Of a stretch of DNA of 32,298 bases, positions 10,230 through 18,571 are shown in pieces; position 1 is the stretch's first letter, and each line of letters starts with the position of its first letter. The stretch lies in NCBI GenBank assembly GCA_001786805.1, contig MFTJ01000009.1, forward strand, positions 13,263 through 45,560, written 5' to 3'. The notes beneath the pieces were generated by a model, which had not been told where the DNA came from, ran no database searches, and was given only the letters and a program-made list of their open reading frames with translations. Source of the DNA: Candidatus Nomurabacteria bacterium RIFCSPHIGHO2_01_FULL_39_10. Lineage in GTDB: Bacteria; Patescibacteriota; Minisyncoccia; Phycocordibacterales; UBA9973. A program made the position numbers and the translations under genes.

Positions 10230-10321
10230 ATATAATCGTTTCTTTTAAATTTATTTTTATTGATGATTTTAGCTTTGTCATTTTCATTTTAATATTTTCA
10301 TCTGACTTTCTGCCTACATCT

Positions 10322-10353
10322 ACACCCTTACAAACTCCAGTTTGTAAGGGTGT
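10322..10353. repeat. Perfect 15-bp-arm palindrome downstream of the ArsR gene (terminator or repeat)
   Basis: ACACCCTTACAAACT-CC-AGTTTGTAAGGGTGT, 4 nt past the ArsR stop; no U-tract. Confidence 0.75.
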
Positions 10354-10357
10354 GTTA

Positions 10358-10642
10358 TTAAATCTTTTGAAATGACTGCAGGAATTTGACGAAGGTCTTG
10401 CCATACGGAGAAAGCGCGTGTTCCACAAATTTACCGCGATATTTTTTATTCACCAACCCCGCCACAGACAGTCTCCGCGTATGCTCGCCAAGAGTTTTTT
10501 CGTTCGCATCGAGAGCTGTAACAATATCATCCAGTGTTGCCCCATCATTGCCAGCAATAAATAACAAAATTCTGATCCGATGATGATTAGCCATCCCCTT
10601 CAAGTGCCGCTCCATTTGTTTCGCTGTTTTTATTTTTGCCAT
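10358..10642 (-). CDS. ArsR/SmtB-like winged-helix regulator
   Basis: KGMANHHRIRILL...TLDDI...TLGEHTRRL..AGLV.K.Y.G; start moved to MAKIK (10642), which lies 6 nt after TATAAT. Confidence 0.8.
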   Translation of the reverse strand: MAKIKTAKQMERHLKGMANHHRIRILLFIAGNDGATLDDIVTALDANEKTLGEHTRRLSVAGLVNKKYRGKFVEHALSPYGKTFVKFLQSFQKI

Positions 10643-10778
10643 AGTTCTATTATACGCCATATCCTTACATTCTCAAGTTTATAAGGATGTTATTGTGTTG
10701 GTCTACCTCTTTCTATATTATATCAAAAATCTAGTTTTTTAGTAAAATTTATGCTATAAATTAAGTGTTTTCAGATAT

Positions 10779-10852
10779 TGGGAGGTCGTCTAACGGTAGG
10801 ACCGTAGCCTTTGAAGCTATTAATTTTGGTTCGATTCCAAACCTCCCAGCCA
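10779..10852 (+). tRNA. tRNA-Gln(TTG)
   Basis: Acceptor TGGGAGG/CCTCCCA, anticodon arm GTAGC-CTTTGAA-GCTAT, GGTTCGATTCC T-arm, encoded CCA. Confidence 0.95.
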
Positions 10853-10868
10853 AATACACAATACAAAA

Positions 10869-11939
10869 CTATTTTTTGCCGAGAATTTTTACCAGCGCAA
10901 GTTCTAGCGGCAGTTCGGAGATGAAGGCATTATCTATGTTTTGATAGGCTTCAAGAAGGATGGCGAGCGCGGGAGAGCGGAGCATTCCTGCGGTGTCGGC
11001 TTTAACTAAGCCTTGCAGAAATTCTAAATCAGCTTCTGATAAATCCCCTGCCATGGATTCTTTTAATTTTGGCGCGTAGCGCAAGATTATTGCCATGCGG
11101 AATTTAGTGACTATTAGTTTCAGATACAATTTCATATCCAGATTTTCTTCGGATGCTTTACGAACAGCAGAAATTCCTTTCTCTATATTTTTTTCGGCGA
11201 TGGCGGAAATAAAATCATTCACCAAAATTGTTTTCGGCGCGCCGGTGATTTTTTCTACATCTTCTCTAGTGATTTTTTTAGACTTCTCCCCAACCCTCCC
11301 CTTACTAAGGGGAGGGTGAAAGAAGTTCAAAACTTTTTGCAGTTCACCCAGCGCGTCGCGGAATGAACCATCAGCCAAAATGGCCAGAAGTTCCGCCGAA
11401 CCGCCGTCTAAATCAAAACCTTCTTCCTTGGCGACGTCAATCAGCATTTTTCGGCAGACTGCGTCGGAAGCTTTTTTAAATGTGAAAACTTGGCAGCGGG
11501 AAATTATTGTTTCTGGAACTTTTTGCAGCTCGGTCGTAGCTAAAATAAAGATGACATGCTTCGGCGGCTCTTCAAGAGTTTTTAAGAGCGCTCCCCAAGC
11601 GTCCTTTGAAAGCATATGCACTTCGTCTATTATGTATGTTTTAAACTTAGAGTCGAACGGTAGAACTCTCACTGCCTCTCGCAACTCTTTTATATTTTCA
11701 ATTCCTCTGTTTGACGCGGCATCTATCTCATACATGTCGTTTGCCGATACGCCGATACTGGCGGCGAAAATACGCGCCACAGAAGTCTTGCCTGTCCCCC
11801 GCGAGCCGACAAAAAGGTAAGCGTGGGAGACTTTATTTGTCTTTACAGAACTCTCCAAAACATCCACAATATGGTCCTGTCCCAAGACTTCCTTGAATGT
11901 TTTCGGGCGGTATTTTCTATATAATGCTAAATCGTGCAT
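10869..11939 (-). CDS. dnaX: DNA polymerase III subunit gamma/tau (short, 356 aa)
   Basis: LYRKYRP.TF.EVLGQ, GSRGTGKTS, EIDAASNRG, IIDEVHMLS, LLKTLEEPP, TIISRCQ, GSFRDA. Confidence 0.96.
   Translation of the reverse strand: MHDLALYRKYRPKTFKEVLGQDHIVDVLESSVKTNKVSHAYLFVGSRGTGKTSVARIFAASIGVSANDMYEIDAASNRGIENIKELREAVRVLPFDSKFKTYIIDEVHMLSKDAWGALLKTLEEPPKHVIFILATTELQKVPETIISRCQVFTFKKASDAVCRKMLIDVAKEEGFDLDGGSAELLAILADGSFRDALGELQKVLNFFHPPLSKGRVGEKSKKITREDVEKITGAPKTILVNDFISAIAEKNIEKGISAVRKASEENLDMKLYLKLIVTKFRMAIILRYAPKLKESMAGDLSEADLEFLQGLVKADTAGMLRSPALAILLEAYQNIDNAFISELPLELALVKILGKK
11284..11317. repeat. Family A palindrome inside dnaX (encodes HPPLSKGRVGE)
   Basis: TTCTCCCCA then ACCCTCCCCTTA-C-TAAGGGGAGGGT (perfect 12-bp arms, 11293-11317). 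Confidence 0.85.
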
Positions 11940-11978
11940 GCGGGCATTTTACCATAAAACTCTTTCTTGGCATACTTT

Positions 11979-13013
11979 TTATAAAGCAATAAATTCTCTA
12001 ACAATTTCTTCTACTTGGCTAGCGTTTTCTGTTTCCATTAATTTCATTCGTAACTCTTTTGCTCCATCAAAGCCGTTCACATACGCTTTGTAATGCTTTT
12101 TCATTGTGGCAAAATTCTTTCCGCCGGCTGGCGGACCACCGAGCATTTTTTCAAAAAGCTTTGTGTGTTCTACCATGACTTCCAGTTTGTGTTTTACCCC
12201 CTCTCCTTTATAAGGAGAGGGCTGGGGTGAGGTGTGTTTAGCGAATAGCCAAGGATTCCCAAAAATTGCTCTGCCCAGCATCACTCCATCGCAGCCAGTT
12301 TCAAGACACTTCCTCCTTGCGTCGTCAGTGCTTACAATATCTCCATTTCCTAAAATTAAAGTATCTACCCCCATCTCATCGCGAATTTCCACAATTCTTT
12401 TCATTAAGTCCCAATGGGCAGGTACATCAGACATTTCTTTTCGAGTGCGTAAATGGACGGTAAGAGCCGCTAAATTTTCTCCAAGTAAAGTTTTTATCCA
12501 CTCTTCATCTAATAAATAATTTTCATTTTTACTTGCCCGTCCGAAGCTTTTGGGCGTAGGTGGGTTGTATCCAATACGAGTTTTCACCGAAATAGGCAAT
12601 CCGCCTCCGCTTTCTATCGCTGCTCGAATCACTTCTCGTGCCAGTTTTGGATTTTTTATCATTGCCGCGCCGGAGCATTGTTTTTCTACCGCCTTGTCCG
12701 GACAGCCCATATTTATATCTATGCCATCGAAACCAAACTCACGGCAGAGGGCGGATGCTGTCCTAATATTTTCTACATTTGAACCGAATACTTGCGCCAC
12801 TATCGGTCTTTCGTTTTCGCCGTACTTGAGGTCAATTAAAAGTTTCTCTCGCGCTATAGAATGAGCAAGTCCATCGGCAGACACAAATTCCGTCCAAAAA
12901 ATATCCGGTTTTCCATATTTTGCGATGATTTGCCGAAAAGCGCAGTCGGTGACATCAGCCATCGGCGCCAGACAGAGAATTGGTTTTTTAAGTTTTTGCC
13001 AAAAGTTTTTCAT
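11979..13013 (-). CDS. dus: tRNA-dihydrouridine synthase
   Basis: LAPMADVTD, TEFVS, DINMGCP, SVKTRIG, VHLRT, GNGDI, DGVMLGRA.FGNPW. Confidence 0.95.
   Translation of the reverse strand: MKNFWQKLKKPILCLAPMADVTDCAFRQIIAKYGKPDIFWTEFVSADGLAHSIAREKLLIDLKYGENERPIVAQVFGSNVENIRTASALCREFGFDGIDINMGCPDKAVEKQCSGAAMIKNPKLAREVIRAAIESGGGLPISVKTRIGYNPPTPKSFGRASKNENYLLDEEWIKTLLGENLAALTVHLRTRKEMSDVPAHWDLMKRIVEIRDEMGVDTLILGNGDIVSTDDARRKCLETGCDGVMLGRAIFGNPWLFAKHTSPQPSPYKGEGVKHKLEVMVEHTKLFEKMLGGPPAGGKNFATMKKHYKAYVNGFDGAKELRMKLMETENASQVEEIVREFIAL
12120..12135. repeat. Family B palindrome in dus (encodes PPAGG)
   Basis: TCCGCC-GGCT-GGCGGA, one base different from 23481-23496. Confidence 0.8.
12197..12233. repeat. 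Family A palindrome in dus (encodes TSPQPSPYKGEG)
   Basis: Minus: ACCTCACCCCAGCCCTCTCCTT-ATA-AAGGAGAGGGGG, nearly identical to 27613-27649. Confidence 0.9.
12532..12564. repeat. Family D element in dus (33 nt, encodes PPTPKSFGRAS)
   Basis: CTTGCCCGTCCGAAGCTTTTGGGCGTAGGTGGG, similar to 18158-18187. Confidence 0.75.
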
Positions 13014-13018
13014 AATTC

Positions 13019-13112
13019 AAGACAAGACGCAAAGAATTTCTTGAAACTGCGCCCTCGAAGTCTTAAGGACAGGGGACCCACACGTTTCTTAAAATTCTTT
13101 GCGTCTTGTCTT
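13019..13112. mobile_element. MITE-like 94-bp element with 21-bp perfect terminal inverted repeats
   Basis: AAGACAAGACGCAAAGAATTT (13019-13039) / AAATTCTTTGCGTCTTGTCTT (13092-13112), flanked by TC on both sides; fills the ftsQ-dus spacer. Mobility is inferred. Confidence 0.5.
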
Positions 13113-13114
13113 TC

Positions 13115-13954
13115 TTAGCGGAATTTAAAATATACCTTATTCCCAAACCTTAGGTCAATGTATTCCAAAGACGCGTATTTATTTTTGAAATTTGATTTCA
13201 TAGGTTCGGTGGAAAGCGCCACTTGTAGATTTTCCGCCACCGTTTCAAAATCAGCATCAGCTTTAAAAACTATCTCCGGTTTTGTTGACAACGAATTTTC
13301 CGGAGAAAGCAACATCTTGATATTTTTATTCTCTCCTATAAAAAAAGCCGCCGGTTTTAATCCCATAACTTCCGATGTTTTTTTAAATGAAATTAATTTA
13401 TCAAAATTCACTTGAGACAAATCGGCTCCATAGAATTTAAAATAAACTTCTCCGGAAAAATAAGGAGATTCGTCAAACATATAACCGGAGCTGTCCAGAA
13501 AATTGCATTTTGGTTTCTCCTCGCTTTCTCCCTCCGGCGGAGTATTTCCGCACCATACATATGATGCCACTCTTTCAGTCACGGCAATTTCCAAAGTTTT
13601 TGTGTCTTTTAAAGAAAGATTTATATCTTTTAGCCTCTTCAATTCCTTCCTTAATTCATTCTCTATGTCGCTTTTCGGATAAAGCAGTATGTTTGTCTTT
13701 GGAAAGAACCAAAGATATTTTTCCGCAATCTTTTTTTCCGCAATCTTTTTTATTGCTTCGGCTTCCAGAAATTTATTGCCGGTTATTGTTACCGTATTGA
13801 TATTCAAACTAAAAATGCGCGAAATATAAACTAGTCCTCCAAAAACAAGGGCAATTACTGTAAGAGAAAGGAAAATTTTTAACAAGACAACTCTTTGTCT
13901 TTGCTTTTTTAGCCCTAAAAGACGCGGAGAATTTAAAACGTCTCGTTTTTTCAT
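13115..13954 (-). CDS. Cell division protein FtsQ/DivIB-like
   Basis: Basic N-terminus, one TM helix, POTRA-like INTVTITGNK, VTER, C-terminal YIDLRFGNKVY. Confidence 0.7.
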   Translation of the reverse strand: MKKRDVLNSPRLLGLKKQRQRVVLLKIFLSLTVIALVFGGLVYISRIFSLNINTVTITGNKFLEAEAIKKIAEKKIAEKYLWFFPKTNILLYPKSDIENELRKELKRLKDINLSLKDTKTLEIAVTERVASYVWCGNTPPEGESEEKPKCNFLDSSGYMFDESPYFSGEVYFKFYGADLSQVNFDKLISFKKTSEVMGLKPAAFFIGENKNIKMLLSPENSLSTKPEIVFKADADFETVAENLQVALSTEPMKSNFKNKYASLEYIDLRFGNKVYFKFR

Positions 13955-13959
13955 CTTAT

Positions 13960-15270
13960 TTATTTTATGAATTCTTTCCCTCCCATGTATTTTTTAAGAA
14001 CTTCGGGAATTTTTATGGAACCGTCTGCTTGCTGATAGTTTTCAATGATGGCAATCAACATTCTGCCTATGGCGACAACTGTGGCATCGTTCATATGCAC
14101 AGGCTCAATTTTCCCGTCGGCTCTGCGCACTCGAGTATTTAGTCGACGAGACTGAAATCCGCCGGTGGAATCCGAACTGTGAGTTTCCCTGTATTTATTT
14201 TGTCCGGGCATCCATGTTTCCACATCAATTTGCCTATTATCCGGAAAACCCATGTCCCCAGTAGAGACAGCCACGATTTGATACGGAAGTTTTAAAAGCT
14301 GTAGGACATATTCTTGAATTGCCACCAAGAAATTTTGCTCCTGCATGGAATTTTCTGGCAGAGAGAAAACTTCCATTTCCAGCTTATCAAACTGATGCTG
14401 GCGCAGAATTCCGTTTGTGTCCTTGCCGGCCGCTCCGGCTTCCCTTCTAAAAGCGGTTGAATATCCCGCGTAGCGTATCGGCAGGTCTTTCTCTTCAAAA
14501 ATTTTATTCATATGCATTGAACCCAAAGTGTGTTCGGCGCTGCCGATGAGCATCAGGTCATCGTTTGGAAACATATAATGATCTTCGGGAGTCATATAGC
14601 GCGCCATTTTTACCTGCACCAGCGGGCGGATAAAAACCGGAGGTATCACGGGCAAGAAAACCGAAGGGTTTACGGAAATATTCGCGTCTTTTGCGATTTT
14701 CTCCAGTGTTTCCTTGTTTGTTAAAATTTCCAAACACATTTGTATTAAAGCAAACTGCATTATCACCAAGTCGCCTTTTAGGTATGAATATCTTGCTCCA
14801 GAAATTTCGCCGGCTGTATCTGTGTCAATTATCCCCAAAGCTTTTCCAATTTCGTAATGTTCTTTTGGGGTAAAAGAAAATTGCGGTTTGTCTCCGGAGC
14901 TTCGCAGTACTTTGTTTGCGGTTTCATCGTTACCTTCGGGCGTGTCTACAGACGGGATGTTTGGTATTTTGAGCATCATCTTCTGCCATTCTTCTATTAC
15001 TTTCTTCAAGTTTTCTTCTTTTGATTTTATTTCTTCCTTGACCACCCGCATCTCTTCAATTAGCTGAATTTTCAGCGCAGGATTTTGGTCGCGGACTATG
15101 TTATTGGAAACTTTGTTTACCTCCGCGCGCAGAGCCTCTATTTCTTTGAGAAGCCTCAGGCGCTCATCATCAAGAATAATCAGCTTCTCTATATCAATCT
15201 TCACGCGCTTCTTTTCCGCCCCCGCCTGCACGATGTCTTTGTTTTCACGAATGAATTTTATGTCTAGCAT
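13960..15270 (-). CDS. serS: Serine-tRNA ligase
   Basis: MLDIKFIREN, coiled-coil arm, AFRREAG..GKDT.GILRQHQFDKLE, FQSRRLN, HMNDAT. Confidence 0.97.
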   Translation of the reverse strand: MLDIKFIRENKDIVQAGAEKKRVKIDIEKLIILDDERLRLLKEIEALRAEVNKVSNNIVRDQNPALKIQLIEEMRVVKEEIKSKEENLKKVIEEWQKMMLKIPNIPSVDTPEGNDETANKVLRSSGDKPQFSFTPKEHYEIGKALGIIDTDTAGEISGARYSYLKGDLVIMQFALIQMCLEILTNKETLEKIAKDANISVNPSVFLPVIPPVFIRPLVQVKMARYMTPEDHYMFPNDDLMLIGSAEHTLGSMHMNKIFEEKDLPIRYAGYSTAFRREAGAAGKDTNGILRQHQFDKLEMEVFSLPENSMQEQNFLVAIQEYVLQLLKLPYQIVAVSTGDMGFPDNRQIDVETWMPGQNKYRETHSSDSTGGFQSRRLNTRVRRADGKIEPVHMNDATVVAIGRMLIAIIENYQQADGSIKIPEVLKKYMGGKEFIK

Positions 15271-15309
15271 ATTTATATTATATATGAAAGTTGTTATAAT
15301 TACAAAAGA

Positions 15310-15363
15310 ACCTCACCCTAGCCCTCTCCTTGTCAAGGAGAGGGTGCCAAAGGCGGGTGAGGT
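15310..15363. repeat. Longest family A element (54 nt), in the dprA leader
   Basis: ACCTCACCC..CCCTCTCCTTG-T-CAAGGAGAGGG..GGGTGAGGT: inner 11-bp stem nested in an outer 9-bp stem. Confidence 0.9.
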
Positions 15364-15370
15364 GAATTTT

Positions 15371-16234
15371 ATGAAAATAAAAAAATTATCAAATGACAAA
15401 TTTCCCAAAGCGCTTTTAGAAATTCCGCAGCCTCCCCAAAATCTTTGGATAATCGGCGAATTACCGAAAGAAGAAAATTTAATATATTTGTCTGTTGTCG
15501 GTTCGCGCAAATTCACATCATACGGACGCGAAGCTTGTGAAAAAATTATTGCGGGTTTGAAAGGTTATCCGATAGTAATTGTTTCAGGCTTTGCTATGGG
15601 CATAGACACTATAGCGCATAAAAAAGCGATGCAAGTCGGACTCACTACAATAGTTTTCCCCGGTTCGGGTCTTTCTGACGAAGCAATTTATCCGAAAACA
15701 AATGTGCGGCTTATGAATGAAGTGGTTGAATCAGGCGGGTGTTTAATTTCAGAATTTGAGCCTGATTTCAAGGCAACTCAATGGGGTTTTCCAATGCGCA
15801 ATCGTCTCATGGCTGGAATTTCAAAAGCTGTCTTAATAATAGAAGCAGAAGAAAGGTCTGGCACTCTTATTACCGCGAGGCTGACAACAGAATACAACAG
15901 AGATTTGTTGGTTGTGCCAGGTTCTATTTTCTCTTCTAATTCAAAAGGAACAAACAGACTGCTCAAGGCTGGCGCAACTCCTGTCACCTGTTCAGAAGAT
16001 GTTCTTGAAGCACTAGGTTTTGAATTACCTAAAGACGAAGAAAAACAAAAAAGACTTTTTGAAAATTTGTCACCCGAAGAAAAAAAAGTTACAGATTTAC
16101 TTCATGAGCCGATAGGGAGAGACGATTTGATTCGCGCTATGAAGATGCCGATTCCGACAGCTAACGCGATACTTTCCGTCATGGAAATAAAAGGGCTTAT
16201 TAAGGAAGAAATGGGAGAAATAAGATTAGCGTAA
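15371..16234 (+). CDS. dprA: DNA-processing protein DprA/Smf
   Basis: VVGSRK.TSYG, IVSGFAMGIDT.AH, FPMRNRLMAG, EAEERSGTLITA, VPGSI; start at MKIKK after GAGGTG; upstream of topA. Confidence 0.93.
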   Translation: MKIKKLSNDKFPKALLEIPQPPQNLWIIGELPKEENLIYLSVVGSRKFTSYGREACEKIIAGLKGYPIVIVSGFAMGIDTIAHKKAMQVGLTTIVFPGSGLSDEAIYPKTNVRLMNEVVESGGCLISEFEPDFKATQWGFPMRNRLMAGISKAVLIIEAEERSGTLITARLTTEYNRDLLVVPGSIFSSNSKGTNRLLKAGATPVTCSEDVLEALGFELPKDEEKQKRLFENLSPEEKKVTDLLHEPIGRDDLIRAMKMPIPTANAILSVMEIKGLIKEEMGEIRLA

Positions 16235-16274
16235 TTTGCTAAAAAATTATGTTTCGTGTAATACTTAGCCTTGC

Positions 16275-18548
16275 ATGAAATTATTAATTGTTGAGTCGCC
16301 GTCAAAAGCAAAGACTATAGAGAAGTATTTGGAAGGCGTTTTCACTGTGCGCGCTTCTGTCGGCCACATCCGCGATTTGCCGAAATCAAACAAGACAGCG
16401 ATTGATATAGACGCGGGTTTTGTTCCTCATTACGAAATTTCCAAAGGCAAGGAAAAAATCGTACACGAGTTACAGGGTTTGGCAGAGAAAGCTAGCGAAA
16501 TAGTGCTTGCGACCGACCCTGACCGCGAAGGAGAAGCAATCGCGTGGCATATAGAAACACTTCTTAAACAGGACAAAAAGGTGAAAGCGCCTATTGAGCG
16601 AGTGATTTTTCATGAAATCACAAAAGAAGCGGTAGAAGAAGCATTAAAGAATCCACGTAAAATTGATACAGCTCTGCGCAAGGCGCAGGAAGCGCGAAGA
16701 GTCTTGGATAGATTGGTTGGCTACGACCTCTCCGGATTAATTTGGAAAAAAGTGCGATATGGGCTTTCGGCAGGGCGCGTGCAATCCCCTGCGCTTCGGA
16801 TAATTATGGAACGCGAGCGAGAAATTCGCGCTTTTGTGCCAGAAAAGTATTGGAGGATTTTTGGACTTTTTGAGACTCCCAAAAAAGCAAAACTGACTCT
16901 GGAATGTTCCGAAGAGCCTCGTGATGAAAAGTTGGTGGAAAAGATAATGACGGAGGGTAGAAAAGGAACTTGGATAGTAAGCGGAGTAAAAGAATCAGAA
17001 CAAAAACGTGCTCCTCGCGCGCCGTTTACCACTTCCACACTGCAACAGACGGCAAGTTCTCGTCTTGGCTATTCCCCTTCCCGCACTATGCAAATCGCGC
17101 AAAAGCTTTACGAAGCCGGACACATTACTTATATGCGAACAGACAGCACAAATTTAGGAACCGCCGCCCAAGGGCAAATTTTATCGTTCATAGAAAAAAA
17201 ATACGGAAAAGAATATGCCGAAGGGAGAATTTACAAAACCAAATCAAAAAACGCGCAGGAAGCGCACGAAGCTATTCGCCCAACACATGTAGAACATATG
17301 ATTGTAGGCAGTGGCGAAGGAGAAAGACTTTACAGATTAATTTGGGAGAGGGCTGTTTCTTCACAAATGACTGACGCGAAGTTGCTAAAAACAAAAATTA
17401 CAGCAAAAATTACTTCAGCGGTTGAACCGCTGGGTATACCCAGCGGTTCAACCGCTGATTCTTTGCCGGATTTTTTCGCCAACGGCTCCCGCTTGCTTTT
17501 CCCCGGCTGGCTCAAAGTGGACAACGATGCTATAAGCGACGACGTGGAACTGCCTTTATGCAAAGAGGGCGAAGAATTAAAACTGCTTGATTTGCAGAAT
17601 GAAGAAAAATTTACTCTTCCACCGGACAGATATAGTGAAGCGGGACTTATTAAAGAACTGGAAGCGCGGGGTATCGGCAGACCTTCCACTTATGCTTCCA
17701 CCATGCGGACGATTGAAGAACGGGGATATGTGAATAAAGAAGGCAAAACATTGTTCCCTACTGATGTCGGCGAAGTCGTGTCAGATTTTCTAGAGAAGCA
17801 TTTTATGAATTATATTTCCGATAGTTTTACGGCAGAAATGGAAGATGAACTTGATGAAATTTCCCGGGGCGAACGGGATTATGAAAAAACTCTGAAAGAT
17901 TTTTATGAGCCGTTTTTAAAAGATGTAAAATCTAAAGAAAAATTAGAAAAGGCTACCAATTTGGGCGAAGCGCCGGAAGATATAAAATGTCCGAAATGCG
18001 GAAGTTCCATGATTATCAAACTCTCTCGCGGAGGTAAATTTTATTCCTGCTCAAAATATCCGGATTGCGACGGAGCTTTGATGCTTGATGGTATGGAACT
18101 CAAAGGTCCGAAAGAAACCGGTGAAATGTGCCCTGAATGCGGCGTTGATAAAAAAGGCTTGCCCCGCGAAGCTTCAGCGAAGTGGGGCGGAGAGCTGGTA
18201 GTCCGCGAACGCCGAGACGGCACAGGCACATTTATTTCCTGTTCCCGTTACCCTAAATGTAAATTCATAAAAAGCGATGAAGCGGATGAGGCAAAAAAGA
18301 GGACCGGTATACTCTGCCCTATTTGTAAAACAGGAGATATTAGTGAGCGTCGCGGAAGATTCGGAATTTTTTATTCTTGTTCCAACTACCCAAAATGCAA
18401 ATTTGCCATCAAGGCAAAGCCAACAGGGAATATCTGTAAAGAATGCGGAAGTTTGATGATGGAAGGCACAAAAACCATTCCCGAACGTTGTTCCAGTAAG
18501 GCTTGCAAAATGCATAACCCGCACAAGATATCAAAAATTGAAGCATAA
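16275..18548 (+). CDS. topA: DNA topoisomerase I with C-terminal C4 zinc ribbons
   Basis: LIVESPSKA, ATDPDREGE, SAGRVQS, ITYMRTDS (catalytic Tyr), GIGRPSTY, repeated CPxC/CSxYPxC. Confidence 0.98.
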   Translation: MKLLIVESPSKAKTIEKYLEGVFTVRASVGHIRDLPKSNKTAIDIDAGFVPHYEISKGKEKIVHELQGLAEKASEIVLATDPDREGEAIAWHIETLLKQDKKVKAPIERVIFHEITKEAVEEALKNPRKIDTALRKAQEARRVLDRLVGYDLSGLIWKKVRYGLSAGRVQSPALRIIMEREREIRAFVPEKYWRIFGLFETPKKAKLTLECSEEPRDEKLVEKIMTEGRKGTWIVSGVKESEQKRAPRAPFTTSTLQQTASSRLGYSPSRTMQIAQKLYEAGHITYMRTDSTNLGTAAQGQILSFIEKKYGKEYAEGRIYKTKSKNAQEAHEAIRPTHVEHMIVGSGEGERLYRLIWERAVSSQMTDAKLLKTKITAKITSAVEPLGIPSGSTADSLPDFFANGSRLLFPGWLKVDNDAISDDVELPLCKEGEELKLLDLQNEEKFTLPPDRYSEAGLIKELEARGIGRPSTYASTMRTIEERGYVNKEGKTLFPTDVGEVVSDFLEKHFMNYISDSFTAEMEDELDEISRGERDYEKTLKDFYEPFLKDVKSKEKLEKATNLGEAPEDIKCPKCGSSMIIKLSRGGKFYSCSKYPDCDGALMLDGMELKGPKETGEMCPECGVDKKGLPREASAKWGGELVVRERRDGTGTFISCSRYPKCKFIKSDEADEAKKRTGILCPICKTGDISERRGRFGIFYSCSNYPKCKFAIKAKPTGNICKECGSLMMEGTKTIPERCSSKACKMHNPHKISKIEA
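17415..17458. repeat. 44-bp perfect palindrome in topA (two family C units)
   Basis: TCAGCGGTTGAACCGCTGGGTA|TACCCAGCGGTTCAACCGCTGA; reads SAVEPLGIPSGSTA on both strands. Confidence 0.95.
18158..18187. repeat. Family D element in topA (30 nt, encodes LPREASAKWG)
   Basis: CTTGCCCCGCGAAGCTTCAGCGAAGTGGGG, just after CPECG of a zinc ribbon. Confidence 0.75.
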
Positions 18549-18571
18549 ATAAAATGGAGTATAATAGTTTT

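Noticed and set aside
12600..12611. TCCGCCTCCGCT in dus as a fourth insert
   Set aside because: Half-site only, and the spacing to SVKTR looks normal.
13527..13541. TCTCCCTCCGGCGGA in the ftsQ-like gene as a family B copy
   Set aside because: Too degenerate to call without orthologue alignment.
15098..15370. N-terminal extension of DprA in the ORF track (378 aa)
   Set aside because: It overlaps serS on the opposite strand and runs through the promoter and repeat; DprA-like sequence starts at 15371.
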